The notes under the pieces were generated by a model, which saw only the letters and a list, made by a program, of their open reading frames with translations, did not search any database and was not told the origin of the DNA. This document shows positions 17,875 through 27,029 of a stretch of 60,243 bases of DNA, in pieces (the first letter of the stretch is position 1; each line of letters opens with the position of its first letter). Source of the stretch: a virus (lineage: Duplodnaviria > Caudoviricetes); the IMG/VR virus record IMGVR_UViG_3300024999_000110, positions 1 through 60,243 of that record. One strand, given 5' to 3'. The translations under genes and the position numbers were made by a program.

Positions 17875-17987
17875 ATTGCCTGCCTAATCACCAGGGCAAA
17901 GACTTTGCAATATTGAGCTTTGCCCCCCCCCTGGTTATGAGTTAGTCAATTTAATAACCTTAGATATGACCAAATGTTTAGTTTCGC

Positions 17988-18003
17988 TGTTCATCCTTGA
18001 ACA
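17988..18003. promoter_or_regulatory. 16-bp palindromic site, copy 3
   Basis: TGTTCATCCTTGAACA, intergenic. Confidence 0.55.
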
Positions 18004-18044
18004 ACCATTACAACAATTTACACTAAGGGGAGAATGTTATAATT

Positions 18045-18233
18045 ATGAAAGGCAAAACGATTCGTTTCTACAACAGATTTGGAACCCATATGGGCTGGAA
18101 ATACCTTGCCAATGTGACATACTTTGAACTGCTTAACTGGCTCAAGGCAGGCAACACATTAAGATTTCAGAAACAAATCCTGACTAAGGACTCTCACAGT
18201 AATGAAATCTTCAAAATCTTGCGGAGATCATAA
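18045..18233 (+). CDS. Hypothetical protein
   Basis: 62 aa; GGGGAG RBS. Confidence 0.6.
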   Translation: MKGKTIRFYNRFGTHMGWKYLANVTYFELLNWLKAGNTLRFQKQILTKDSHSNEIFKILRRS

Positions 18234-18553
18234 TGACAATGACATCAGAAGAGATTATGTCTTTCCAAGGGCACGAGTTTACCTACGTGTTCGAAGATAA
18301 CGATACAATGTCAGCATATGTTAAGAAAATAGACTTAGAAAAAGAACTATTATCTTTCTGGAGCTTTTCACTAGTTACAGATAGCGGATATGAGTTTGAA
18401 CCACTAGATGATGAAGAAAAAATTGAGGGTGCTTGTTGTTTAGGTTATTCAAATACATTAGATAAAATTATTGAATTTATTACAGAAATAAAAACTATTA
18501 GAAAACATTTATCTAAACAAACAGGAATTTATTTTGACGGATGTCCATTCTAA
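18233..18553 (+). CDS. Hypothetical protein, paralog family B
   Basis: G.EF.Y......A.VK..D.....S..S..T..G pattern shared with 20289..20639. Confidence 0.7.
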   Translation: MTMTSEEIMSFQGHEFTYVFEDNDTMSAYVKKIDLEKELLSFWSFSLVTDSGYEFEPLDDEEKIEGACCLGYSNTLDKIIEFITEIKTIRKHLSKQTGIYFDGCPF

Positions 18554-18564
18554 GGAGCTTAGAC

Positions 18565-19008
18565 ATGAAAAAACTCTGTCCAATTTGCAACACCCTCAAT
18601 GAAGCAATCGGCTTCAACTTAACTGAAAAAGAAATTCATAACATTCGTAAGATTGGTTTGTCCGAACAGCTTTGCAAGACCTGTTACCAGAAAGAACTTG
18701 CAACCAGGCTAGAATCTACCAAAGCTACTTTAATTCCGCTGAACAAAGAAAAAGAAATTACTCAGACTGCATACCATAAAGCCTATGAAGCATGGAAAGA
18801 AGTAGCCAGCATTTATCAAGCTATCGATTACAATCTCAACATGAATAAACATGCAATCAAAATGAAAGAATCAACCAAGATAAGAGTGCCAAAAACTAGT
18901 GAACCAGTCAACATTGAGCTTCTTTGCCAGCAGATTCTTTCTACCCTAAGTAAAGAACAACAACAGGCTATTATTCAAACCTTTAAAGCAACTCAAACCA
19001 TAGGATAA
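18565..19008 (+). CDS. Zinc-finger plus coiled-coil protein
   Basis: CPIC...CKTC; AAGGAG RBS before MKKLC. Confidence 0.7.
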   Translation: MKKLCPICNTLNEAIGFNLTEKEIHNIRKIGLSEQLCKTCYQKELATRLESTKATLIPLNKEKEITQTAYHKAYEAWKEVASIYQAIDYNLNMNKHAIKMKESTKIRVPKTSEPVNIELLCQQILSTLSKEQQQAIIQTFKATQTIG

Positions 19009-19013
19009 CTAAA

Positions 19014-19337
19014 ATGACTAAAATAGACCAACTATTTATTAGAGCATGCAAAAGTAAAGATCCTTATAAAAGACTTAAATCTATTCGTCGTCGTTTCTAT
19101 ATTCGCCTTAATGATGATGACAAATATATTACAATGAAATTGGCTGAAATATGTGATACATACATTCCAGTTAAATCCATTAAAATATTTGAGGACCTTA
19201 CTCATCCATTTGTAATGCGTAATGCCACTATTCAAGAGAAGTTATTTCGTCTTTTCTTGAATAATATTAGATTTGCTGAAATAACTGCATTTCCTGGCAT
19301 GATACCGCCTGCGATGTTTAGAAAAGTTAAAGATTAA
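19014..19337 (+). CDS. Hypothetical protein
   Basis: 107 aa; AGGA RBS. Confidence 0.65.
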   Translation: MTKIDQLFIRACKSKDPYKRLKSIRRRFYIRLNDDDKYITMKLAEICDTYIPVKSIKIFEDLTHPFVMRNATIQEKLFRLFLNNIRFAEITAFPGMIPPAMFRKVKD

Positions 19338-19366
19338 ATATTTTCCAATTAATAGGAACCATTACA

Positions 19367-19648
19367 ATGTCAAGCCCAATCATTACATTCCGCTTCACAA
19401 CCTATCAACTTGCTCGTGGCCTGCAAATTGTCCGCAGCCTGGAGCCGAACTTCCAACTTACTAGTCTTAGCCAACTAGTCAAGATCATCTATACTGATTA
19501 CCTGGCAAAAATGACCCTTAGCCAAACAGATGAAGTAAATCCAGACATTATGCAAGAAACCCAAGTTTTTATCTTAAATCCCAGAAAGAGAGAAATCAAC
19601 TTGATATCATTGGCTGATGAGGAAAACTTCACTCATCAGGAGGTATAA
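19367..19648 (+). CDS. Ribbon-helix-helix-like protein, paralog family A
   Basis: MSSPIITFRFTTYQLARGL..LEPN....SLSQLVKIIYTDY aligns with 15555..16130. Confidence 0.7.
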   Translation: MSSPIITFRFTTYQLARGLQIVRSLEPNFQLTSLSQLVKIIYTDYLAKMTLSQTDEVNPDIMQETQVFILNPRKREINLISLADEENFTHQEV

Positions 19649-19649
19649 T

Positions 19650-19955
19650 ATGAAAAGAATACACGTAAACAATATTGTTATATGTAAAACATATTATGCA
19701 GTATGTGTGGGTTCAATATCAGCAATACAATTTGAAGAGATAATGATACCTAAAGATACAGTACATAATTTCAGAACAAATTTTACTTATGCCTGGTACT
19801 TGTCTGATATTGGTATTGAATATGAAAATGAATCATATATAAACAATCTTAATCGAGTATTTGATACGGAAGAAGAAGCTAAGAATTGGATAAGCACTGA
19901 AGAGTATAAACAAGATTTAGAACGCCATTGGAATGTGTGTTCTTTTGGTAAATAA
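19650..19955 (+). CDS. Hypothetical protein
   Basis: AGGAGG RBS; contains VFDTEEEA motif. Confidence 0.65.
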   Translation: MKRIHVNNIVICKTYYAVCVGSISAIQFEEIMIPKDTVHNFRTNFTYAWYLSDIGIEYENESYINNLNRVFDTEEEAKNWISTEEYKQDLERHWNVCSFGK

Positions 19956-19983
19956 CATCAGTCAATTAATAAAGGAACCAACT

Positions 19984-20241
19984 ATGAGTAAAGCCCGCGT
20001 AGTTTCAACCCGAATGACTATTGAAGATCTTGCCAAAGCTCGTGATGGCCTACTTGCTAAAGGCATAGACCCAGCTGAATTAACAACTAGTCAAATTATC
20101 AAACTTACTTTTTATTATGGAATCATTTATCTCTGCCAAGATCCAAAATCTTCACCGAGTCAAGAATCCATAGACTTTGTAAGGCAGAAATTCAGCAAGA
20201 CAAAAGTAACCAGGAGAATGCTCTTAACTGATCTGGAATAA
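19984..20241 (+). CDS. Ribbon-helix-helix-like protein, paralog family A (more distant)
   Basis: MSKARVVSTRMTIEDLAKARDGL...TTSQIIKLTF; AAGGA RBS. Confidence 0.6.
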   Translation: MSKARVVSTRMTIEDLAKARDGLLAKGIDPAELTTSQIIKLTFYYGIIYLCQDPKSSPSQESIDFVRQKFSKTKVTRRMLLTDLE

Positions 20242-20288
20242 TAATCTTGCAAGATTTTAAAGAACTCACAACCAAAGGAGACATAAAA

Positions 20289-20639
20289 ATGATAACAAGA
20301 GATAATATGAAAACAATGCTTGGAGTTGAATTTGATTACATTGACAGGAATGGAAGTATAACAAAGGCTTTTGTAAAAGTAGTTGATCCACAGAAAGGTA
20401 TATCTTTATTTTCATTATCTGACAGAACAGAAGATGGTTTTTGTCCAAGAGATGAAGGATTTAAAACTGAACAAGATGGTACTTGGTGCTTAGCATCTTT
20501 AGACTTCTCAGTAGAAAGGGAACTTGAAATTGCTTTAATGGATTTAAATGAAATTAATTCTACAGGAAAATTAGCCCCATTTAAAAGAGTAGAATCAGAT
20601 TATGATGGCAGTAATAATATAAATTGTATTTTTAGTTAG
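20289..20639 (+). CDS. Hypothetical protein, paralog family B
   Basis: AAGGAG RBS before MITRDN; similar to 18233..18553. Confidence 0.7.
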   Translation: MITRDNMKTMLGVEFDYIDRNGSITKAFVKVVDPQKGISLFSLSDRTEDGFCPRDEGFKTEQDGTWCLASLDFSVERELEIALMDLNEINSTGKLAPFKRVESDYDGSNNINCIFS

Positions 20640-20797
20640 GAGTACTCATAATAAAGGACCAAAAACAATGAAATTAATATTCAAACTTCTTACAGCCCTT
20701 ATCATCTTAATCCTATTCGGCATTGCAGGAGAAATGGATTATCAACATACCATCTCGCAACAAGAACCAGTAGTTCAATATTAAAAGGAGCACTATT

Positions 20798-21074
20798 ATG
20801 TGGGACTTCACTAAGAATGCGCAATATTCTTTTCGTACTTTTTATATCCCTGAACGTATGATGTATGGATTGGAGCGTTATATTGAGGGGCACATTAAAC
20901 CAGGAGGTTTTCTCTCAGCAGTTCTTAAAAATGATCTTCGCGGCGCTATTAACCATGCAGATAACGAAAACATTCAAAAGCTGCCAGCATACATAGAATT
21001 TTTATATAATGAAGCACCAAGCTTATGTTGTGGGAAGTGAAAAGAAGTTTAACGACTGGTTAAATAATAAATAA
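20798..21074 (+). pseudogene. Small phage gene with an apparent +1 insertion near its 3' end
   Basis: PGGFLSAVLKNDL..A...AD..N pattern; removing one T at ~21031 gives ...APSLCWGSEKKFNDWLNNK*, ending just before the next gene. Confidence 0.5.
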
Positions 21075-21079
21075 TCACC

Positions 21080-21316
21080 ATGAAAAAACTCCCACACTAT
21101 AAGACACCAACTAACTTTCTTTGTCCAGCCTGCAATCATCCCTGTCGCATAATTGCCTTAGACGATTCATTCAGTTATTCTGGCACTCATTGCACTTATG
21201 GCCAAGCTGGCATTCACTATCCATCTGATTATGGCTCACCTGTAACTGATTGCTGCGAGGCAGACGTTCCAGATGCTGAGATGGATGAACCAGATTATTA
21301 TGATTATGGAGATTAA
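21080..21316 (+). CDS. Small Cys-rich protein
   Basis: CPAC...TDCCEA; acidic tail. Confidence 0.65.
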   Translation: MKKLPHYKTPTNFLCPACNHPCRIIALDDSFSYSGTHCTYGQAGIHYPSDYGSPVTDCCEADVPDAEMDEPDYYDYGD

Positions 21317-21319
21317 GTT

Positions 21320-22873
21320 ATGGTAATGAAATATAAAGGCAAGACTCTTACCACCGAACAAGAGTCGCATGTCAATACCATTCTTGATGGAAACAATTAT
21401 GCCATCCAAGCACCTCCTGGCAGTGGCAAAACATTCTTACTCCTCGCTATGGCGCGCAAAATGTCAGGATACGGATTATCAATTTCATTCAACAAACTTC
21501 TCGCTCAAGAAGCTGCAACCAAGTTTTCTAGCAACATAATGTGCAAAACTGGCCATGCCTTAGCATACGGTGCAATTGGTTACAAATATAAGAAGAAGCT
21601 CAGCAAACTGACAGGCAAACAACTAGCTGATACTTTCGACATTGGAGAATGGCAGTTATATAACAGTCCAGCCAACAAAGGATACCTCATTCTAAATACG
21701 ATCCGCAAGTACTGTTATTCTAGCGATGAAGTTATTCAATACAAACATTTGCCAAGATTAACAATTCTTCAGGATGCAGACCTGGATATTATGCGTGAAG
21801 ATTTGGTTCACCATGCCAATCTTGTATTTAATGAAATGGCTGATGTTAATAAGCATATGCCAATAACTCATGATGTTTATCTCAAAATCTGGGCATTAAC
21901 AAACCCAATCATTAACAAAGACTTTATCTTCTTTGACGAATATCAAGATAGCAACCCAGTTATTGCACAAGTAATCAAGAATCAAAGTTGTCAAAAGATC
22001 TTCGTTGGAGACTGTTTCCAGCAAATCTACAGTTGGAGAGGTGCAGTCAATGCCTTGCAAGACGAGAATTTGGCAAAGCTATACATTACTAGAAGTTTCC
22101 GATTCGGTGAAAACATAGCCAATATGGCAAACACTATAATCACAGGCTATTATCCATATCAGTTTGCTTATGTGCCATTTCATGGCAACGACGATGTTGT
22201 TTCTTCTATCCATTACGAGCCCCTTCCAGCTGTGGATGCCATTCTCTGTCGAACAAACAAAGGAATTATTGCAGAAACAATCGAAGCTCTTGATAAGAAT
22301 CTTTCTGTCCACATCCTGGGAGGTACTCAACAACTTACATATCTTATCAACTCTATAATTCAGCTCAAACTCCAGGGATATTCAAATCATCCAGACTTAT
22401 TCCTTTTTAAGAACTTTGTCGATCTAGTCGAGTATGCTAATTCTCCAATGGGCGGAGATATTAAGCCAATCCTAAAATTAATCGAACTCTATGGCAGGGA
22501 ACGCTTATTAAGTATTCTAGAGTCAACTGTGGAAGATCCAAACGAAGCCGACGTAACCATAACTACGGCCCATAAAGCAAAAGGTCTGGAGTATCCTAGA
22601 GTGAGGCTAGCTAACGATTTCAAGGTTCCCAGCGATCAGGGCAACCCTACTACTGAAGAAACCAACATATTGTATGTAGCCGCATCCAGGGCACTTCATC
22701 AACTCGATGTAAGCAAGTGTGAAGCTTGCTGGCCACACACATTTGACAAGGCTCGAAAGGTTGCCTATGAACAATGGCAAGTAGATCAAATGAGTAGAAA
22801 AGACATTAATACTATGTTTAAAGAAGTTGTTAGTAAGCATATCAATGATCTTGAAAATGATGTTAAGTTTTAA
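21320..22873 (+). CDS. UvrD/Rep-like superfamily 1 helicase
   Basis: APPGSGKT, FDEYQD, VGD..QQIYSWRGA, RSFRFG, TAHKAKGLEY, YVAASRA. Confidence 0.92.
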   Translation: MVMKYKGKTLTTEQESHVNTILDGNNYAIQAPPGSGKTFLLLAMARKMSGYGLSISFNKLLAQEAATKFSSNIMCKTGHALAYGAIGYKYKKKLSKLTGKQLADTFDIGEWQLYNSPANKGYLILNTIRKYCYSSDEVIQYKHLPRLTILQDADLDIMREDLVHHANLVFNEMADVNKHMPITHDVYLKIWALTNPIINKDFIFFDEYQDSNPVIAQVIKNQSCQKIFVGDCFQQIYSWRGAVNALQDENLAKLYITRSFRFGENIANMANTIITGYYPYQFAYVPFHGNDDVVSSIHYEPLPAVDAILCRTNKGIIAETIEALDKNLSVHILGGTQQLTYLINSIIQLKLQGYSNHPDLFLFKNFVDLVEYANSPMGGDIKPILKLIELYGRERLLSILESTVEDPNEADVTITTAHKAKGLEYPRVRLANDFKVPSDQGNPTTEETNILYVAASRALHQLDVSKCEACWPHTFDKARKVAYEQWQVDQMSRKDINTMFKEVVSKHINDLENDVKF

Positions 22874-22884
22874 GTAGACTAATT

Positions 22885-23085
22885 ATGGATCATAAAATGT
22901 TAGCAAAAGTTCTTATGAAACAAGCAAAAATTTTTGCTCTTTATGCAGAACTTGAAGGCATGAAAGCTACTAACTTATCTCGTATATCAATAGGTGCAGC
23001 TATTGCATATCCTGGAAAAGAATTTACACGTATAGCAAATGATCTTAATGGTCTTTCTAGCGACCTTTTTGATCTGTCATATTAA
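22885..23085 (+). CDS. Hypothetical protein
   Basis: 66-aa co-directional ORF. Confidence 0.55.
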   Translation: MDHKMLAKVLMKQAKIFALYAELEGMKATNLSRISIGAAIAYPGKEFTRIANDLNGLSSDLFDLSY

Positions 23086-23305
23086 AGGAGCCTAACCTAT
23101 GAACAAACGACAACTAAAGAAAATAATCACCCTATATCGAGAAGGCTTATCTTGTGAAATCTGCATAGCTGTTATTGTGGATTTAATGAAGGGAAAAACT
23201 CCATTAGAAATAGGAACTGCAATTCATTCTTTTTATGAATTAATATTTGACCTTGATGTAAAGAAAAGTTAAATTAAAGCATAAATAACTAAAAAGGAGA
23301 TTATA

Positions 23306-23836
23306 ATGAAAGTAACAGTAGAATTAGATTTTTATGATGTACAAGAAAACGGATTTGAAACAGCTATTGAAAATGCTATTATTTATAAATTAACATCTGA
23401 TTTTGAAAAACGCGCAGAAGCATTTATTTCTGATAAAATTAATATAATGCTTCAATCAGCAGTTGAAGTTACTATTGAAAATAAAATGCGAAATCTTTTA
23501 AATGAAGATGTTGTAATCACTGATAAGTGGGGAAAGAAAATATTTGTTGGAAGTCCTGAAGATTATATTAAAAAGCAAATGGATGAAAAATTATTATCTC
23601 CTGTAGATAATTCTGGTAAAAAACTTTCAGGATGTACATCTTCAGGTCAAACTTGGCTAGAATGGAATATTGAAAAGGCAATAGAATCTACTATAAAAAC
23701 ACTAACTTCTGAAACTAGAAGTAGTGCCTTAAAAGAATATACAAAACTTTGTAATGATATTCTTGAAGAAATTAAAATGAGTTCAACTCATGATGCTTTA
23801 TCGAAAGTTATGAAAGATATTGTTAATCAAAAGTAA
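23306..23836 (+). CDS. Hypothetical helical protein
   Basis: AAGGAG RBS; 176 aa. Confidence 0.75.
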   Translation: MKVTVELDFYDVQENGFETAIENAIIYKLTSDFEKRAEAFISDKINIMLQSAVEVTIENKMRNLLNEDVVITDKWGKKIFVGSPEDYIKKQMDEKLLSPVDNSGKKLSGCTSSGQTWLEWNIEKAIESTIKTLTSETRSSALKEYTKLCNDILEEIKMSSTHDALSKVMKDIVNQK

Positions 23837-24053
23837 AAATTTTTATAACGGAGCCAATTGTGAGCAAACGCAAATTCTTGCCAGAACTCTTCGGAATGAA
23901 TCTTTACCAGACTGGTCGCAACGAAACTTTTTATGCCTGGAATCATAAACATGCCATTAATAAAAGGCCAAACGAATTGATTTATTTTATTACAGATGTT
24001 GGGAAAAGAATATTAATTATTAATAAATAATTTAAATTAAAAGGGGCACTTAA

Positions 24054-24286
24054 ATGTTTGAAGGAAAGAGAATTAAATACATTAGTCCAAGTGGTAATTC
24101 ATATGATGCTATGGTTGTTTCTTGTGTAAAAGATATAGGAATAACATTAGTAAATGCCGATACTTCTTCACAATATCTTTGGTGTTTACAGAAGCTAGAA
24201 AGGGTATAATAAATGGTATTGTAGATAGAACTCTTGAAAAGATAGGAGGATTTGCTTCTTCTGAGTCTTGTCTATTTGGACAATAA
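24054..24286 (+). pseudogene. Frameshifted third member of paralog family B
   Basis: MFEGKRIKYISPSGNSYDAMVVSCVKDIGITLVN...YLWCL in one frame; ...GGFASSESCLFGQ* in another frame resembles the CPF/CIF C-termini of the paralogs. Confidence 0.5.
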
Positions 24287-24296
24287 GGATACAAAT

Positions 24297-24560
24297 ATGA
24301 TCATTAATAATAAAATAATAATAGGTATTGGTATACTTTTTAGTGCTATTATAATATTTTTTGCTTTTAAAGCTGACTTAGAAAAGAATAAAAGAATAGC
24401 TGAACTGAAAGAAAGGGCAAACTTAGTGCCAGTCGTAACTGTTGACGCACTAGGCATTTGTAAAGTAACGCAAGGAGGCAAAACTTACATGCTGATTGAT
24501 GTTACTAATGAAACGAAAGCACTTGATGAGGTTAAACAAACTATTAGTACGGAGAAATAA
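24297..24560 (+). CDS. Membrane-anchored hypothetical protein
   Basis: N-terminal hydrophobic helix IIIGIGILFSAIIIFFAF; AAGGA RBS. Confidence 0.65.
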   Translation: MIINNKIIIGIGILFSAIIIFFAFKADLEKNKRIAELKERANLVPVVTVDALGICKVTQGGKTYMLIDVTNETKALDEVKQTISTEK

Positions 24561-24942
24561 TGTGCGAAAGATTACTCGAATACTTCATACTCTTCTTACT
24601 CGCCTGTGTAACCTTAATTCTTTTTTTACGCGAAAAAGTAAAAGCTCTTATGATCAGGATAGAAAAATAATGCGAATAGCTAGACTACATATTTGGAGGG
24701 TAAAATGAATACTGTAAAAAATACTTTAATCTTTCTAGCATCTTTTATAATCGTAGGATTATTTGTCCTTCTTATTGATCAATTGTACCCCACACCTCCG
24801 ATTGATCAAGCAGCTTTTCAACCTTATTCTAATAGAAATGTTATTACAAGTTTGGATAAATAACTTGGATTTACCTATAAATTGAGTAAGTATTTAAGGA
24901 TTTTATGAAATAGTAAAAAGGCTAAAAAAGTGAAAAGAGTGC

Positions 24943-24971
24943 TTGACAAGGGCGATTTTTTCTGTTATTGT
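24943..24971 (+). promoter_or_regulatory. Sigma70-type promoter with extended -10
   Basis: TTGACA-N17-TATTGT with TG upstream of the -10 and an A-rich UP-like tract; same hexamers as the 13770 promoter. Confidence 0.75.
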
Positions 24972-25079
24972 GGTCGAATAATACCGGATTTTACCGGAAA
25001 GCACCAAGGGACGTAAAAAGCCGTTTTCAAGTCGGGCATGTCGCCCATTCTACAAACCCACTAATTAGGAGAATCAAAA

Positions 25080-25442
25080 ATGAGCATGATCAAAGTAGTT
25101 AGCAACCAGGCATCTCGTGAAATCACCGTAACTGAGCCGGCAGTATTGAACCTCGGAACTATCGAAGAAATGGTACAGGCGCTCGGTGAGGATCTTACCG
25201 TGAACATGATCAAGAACCAGCTGAAGGTTTCTTTCCGCGCAGTTATTCGGCGCAAACTGGAAGAAAAAGATGACAATAACGAGTTCAGCAATACTGACGA
25301 AGCCATCACAGCTGAAGACTTCAGCGACTGGAAGCCGACTCTTCGCATTACTAAGACTCCCGAGGAGAAAGCTCTGGAAGCTCTTGGTAATCTGCCTCCG
25401 GAAGTTCGTGATGCAGTTCTGGCGCAGTTCAACAATCGGTAA
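25080..25442 (+). CDS. Probably highly expressed protein of unknown function
   Basis: AGGAG RBS, directly after a promoter; C-terminus resembles that of 13945..14358. Confidence 0.85.
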   Translation: MSMIKVVSNQASREITVTEPAVLNLGTIEEMVQALGEDLTVNMIKNQLKVSFRAVIRRKLEEKDDNNEFSNTDEAITAEDFSDWKPTLRITKTPEEKALEALGNLPPEVRDAVLAQFNNR

Positions 25443-25543
25443 GCTTGCCTGACAACTTGGAAAGACAAGTCGTATAGGACACGCATACGTTAAAGCGAAG
25501 TGGGGGTCGGTGGAAGCCCGACATTTCTTATTTGCTTATATTA

Positions 25544-25690
25544 GTAGTGGTGGCGAAATAAAAAATGGTAGACGCAGCCGATTGTGTCCATAAGTAAACC
25601 TAGCCCATGTTTCTATGGCCGGACACAGAGCGAATAGTGTAATCGAGGGTAAAGGCTATTCAATTGCAGGTTCAAATCCTGCCCACTACT
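25544..25690 (+). ncRNA. tRNA-like RNA (~146 nt) with expanded anticodon/variable region
   Basis: Acceptor stem GTAGTGG/CCACTAC; D arm TGGCGAAAT..GGTAGACGC; T arm GCAGG-TTCAAAT-CCTGC; ~90 nt between D and T arms; no encoded CCA. Confidence 0.7.
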
Positions 25691-25704
25691 TTTTAACTCT
25701 TACT

Positions 25705-25790
25705 GCCGGAAACGCATTGGATAGCAAGTCCATGCGCACCATTCGACCTGAATTGACAGGTATCGCCAGCATGACGATGTTGGAATCGGC
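25705..25790 (+). ncRNA. Candidate four-way-junction RNA
   Basis: Closing GCCG/CGGC; hairpins CGCA(T)TGGA/TCCATGCG, ACCTG/CAGGT, CCAGCAT/ATGTTGG. Confidence 0.4.
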
Positions 25791-25823
25791 TTCTTAGTAA
25801 GATTCAACGAGAGGATTTCTCAA

Positions 25824-26795
25824 ATGAATTTTTACGAAAAAATAGACTATAGTGCATTATTCACTTATCAGTTATGTCCACGCAAGTTTCTCTTCCAGTA
25901 TGTAATGCATCTCAAACCAGCTGGACAGTCCATCCATTTAGTCTTTGGCTCCTGTTGGCATTATGGCCTTGAGGCTGCTTACAACGAATTACTTAAAAAC
26001 CCATCTCTTAATGTTATCGAAGTAACTGAAATCTCCATCAAGGCGTTTAACAAACTCTGGAAGCTCGACGGCGAGCCTTTCTGGAAAAATGAAGATGCAA
26101 TCTTCCCCAAGAGCCCAGGACATGCAGCTAATATGTATAAGGGTTATTGGGACCGCTTTCTTAAGGCTGACGTTCACGAGCGTTCAATCCTCGCTGTTGA
26201 AGCACCATTCTCAATTGATCTTTCTATCAATGGTTCGCATCTTCCCAATTATGTTGGCAGACTAGATTTAGTATTTTCAAATGGTCGTGATAGCGTAGAT
26301 GTGTTGGATCACAAAACTACGAAAGCTCTCTATGCTACGACCTCACAATCTTACGAAATGTCATATCAATCTGACGGTTACTTAACCGCTGGACGGATAT
26401 ATTATGATAAAATTCCAACCATTACTTATCGCATAGCTTTGTGTCAGAAATCCAAGATTGACTTCATCCCGATTACGATTAACAAACGATCTGCATCTAT
26501 TGAGCATTTTTTATCTGATCTATGTCATTATGCAACAGAGATTCAAAAGAACCTAGTTTTGCTTGAAAACGACAAGGTTACTTGTCATGATCGAACTGAT
26601 ACATTACAATCTTTTCATCGCAACCCTGGATATTCATGTACTTCATTTTCTTCTACCTGCCCATATTATGATATATGCAAAATTCGGAATAATCCATTAA
26701 TGTGGCTTGATAAAGCTCCTCAGGGATTTCATTTCTCTGAATGGGATCCGGAATTACACGAGGCAAACACTAAGCAAAGGTTGGGTGAGGTGTAA
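25824..26795 (+). CDS. PD-(D/E)XK exonuclease, Cas4/AddB-like
   Basis: N-terminal CPRK, FGSCWH, VEAPF, GRLDLV, VLDHKT; C-terminal C......CPYYDIC. Confidence 0.85.
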   Translation: MNFYEKIDYSALFTYQLCPRKFLFQYVMHLKPAGQSIHLVFGSCWHYGLEAAYNELLKNPSLNVIEVTEISIKAFNKLWKLDGEPFWKNEDAIFPKSPGHAANMYKGYWDRFLKADVHERSILAVEAPFSIDLSINGSHLPNYVGRLDLVFSNGRDSVDVLDHKTTKALYATTSQSYEMSYQSDGYLTAGRIYYDKIPTITYRIALCQKSKIDFIPITINKRSASIEHFLSDLCHYATEIQKNLVLLENDKVTCHDRTDTLQSFHRNPGYSCTSFSSTCPYYDICKIRNNPLMWLDKAPQGFHFSEWDPELHEANTKQRLGEV

Positions 26796-26797
26796 TT

Positions 26798-27028
26798 ATG
26801 AAACATGGTATAATTACAGAAATTAATTGGAAATATATAGCAGCTGTATTAGCTAATGAAGGTGATGATGTGCAAAGTGATTTTTTTAAATCATTTGTTG
26901 CAGAATGTAAAACTTGGGGAACATCATACGAAGTTCAAACACAATTAGCAAGTATAAATGCTAAACTTACTAAGGATGAAAAAGAATTATTAGGAATGAT
27001 AACTTATCAATCTGATAGTGAGGTGTAA
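26798..27028 (+). CDS. Hypothetical protein
   Basis: GAGGTG RBS; AT-rich. Confidence 0.65.
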   Translation: MKHGIITEINWKYIAAVLANEGDDVQSDFFKSFVAECKTWGTSYEVQTQLASINAKLTKDEKELLGMITYQSDSEV

Positions 27029-27029
27029 T

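Noticed and set aside
25576-25665. Group I intron or tmRNA in the tRNA-like element
   Set aside because: About 90 nt is too short for a group I core; there is no Ala-type G3-U70 acceptor or tag reading frame.
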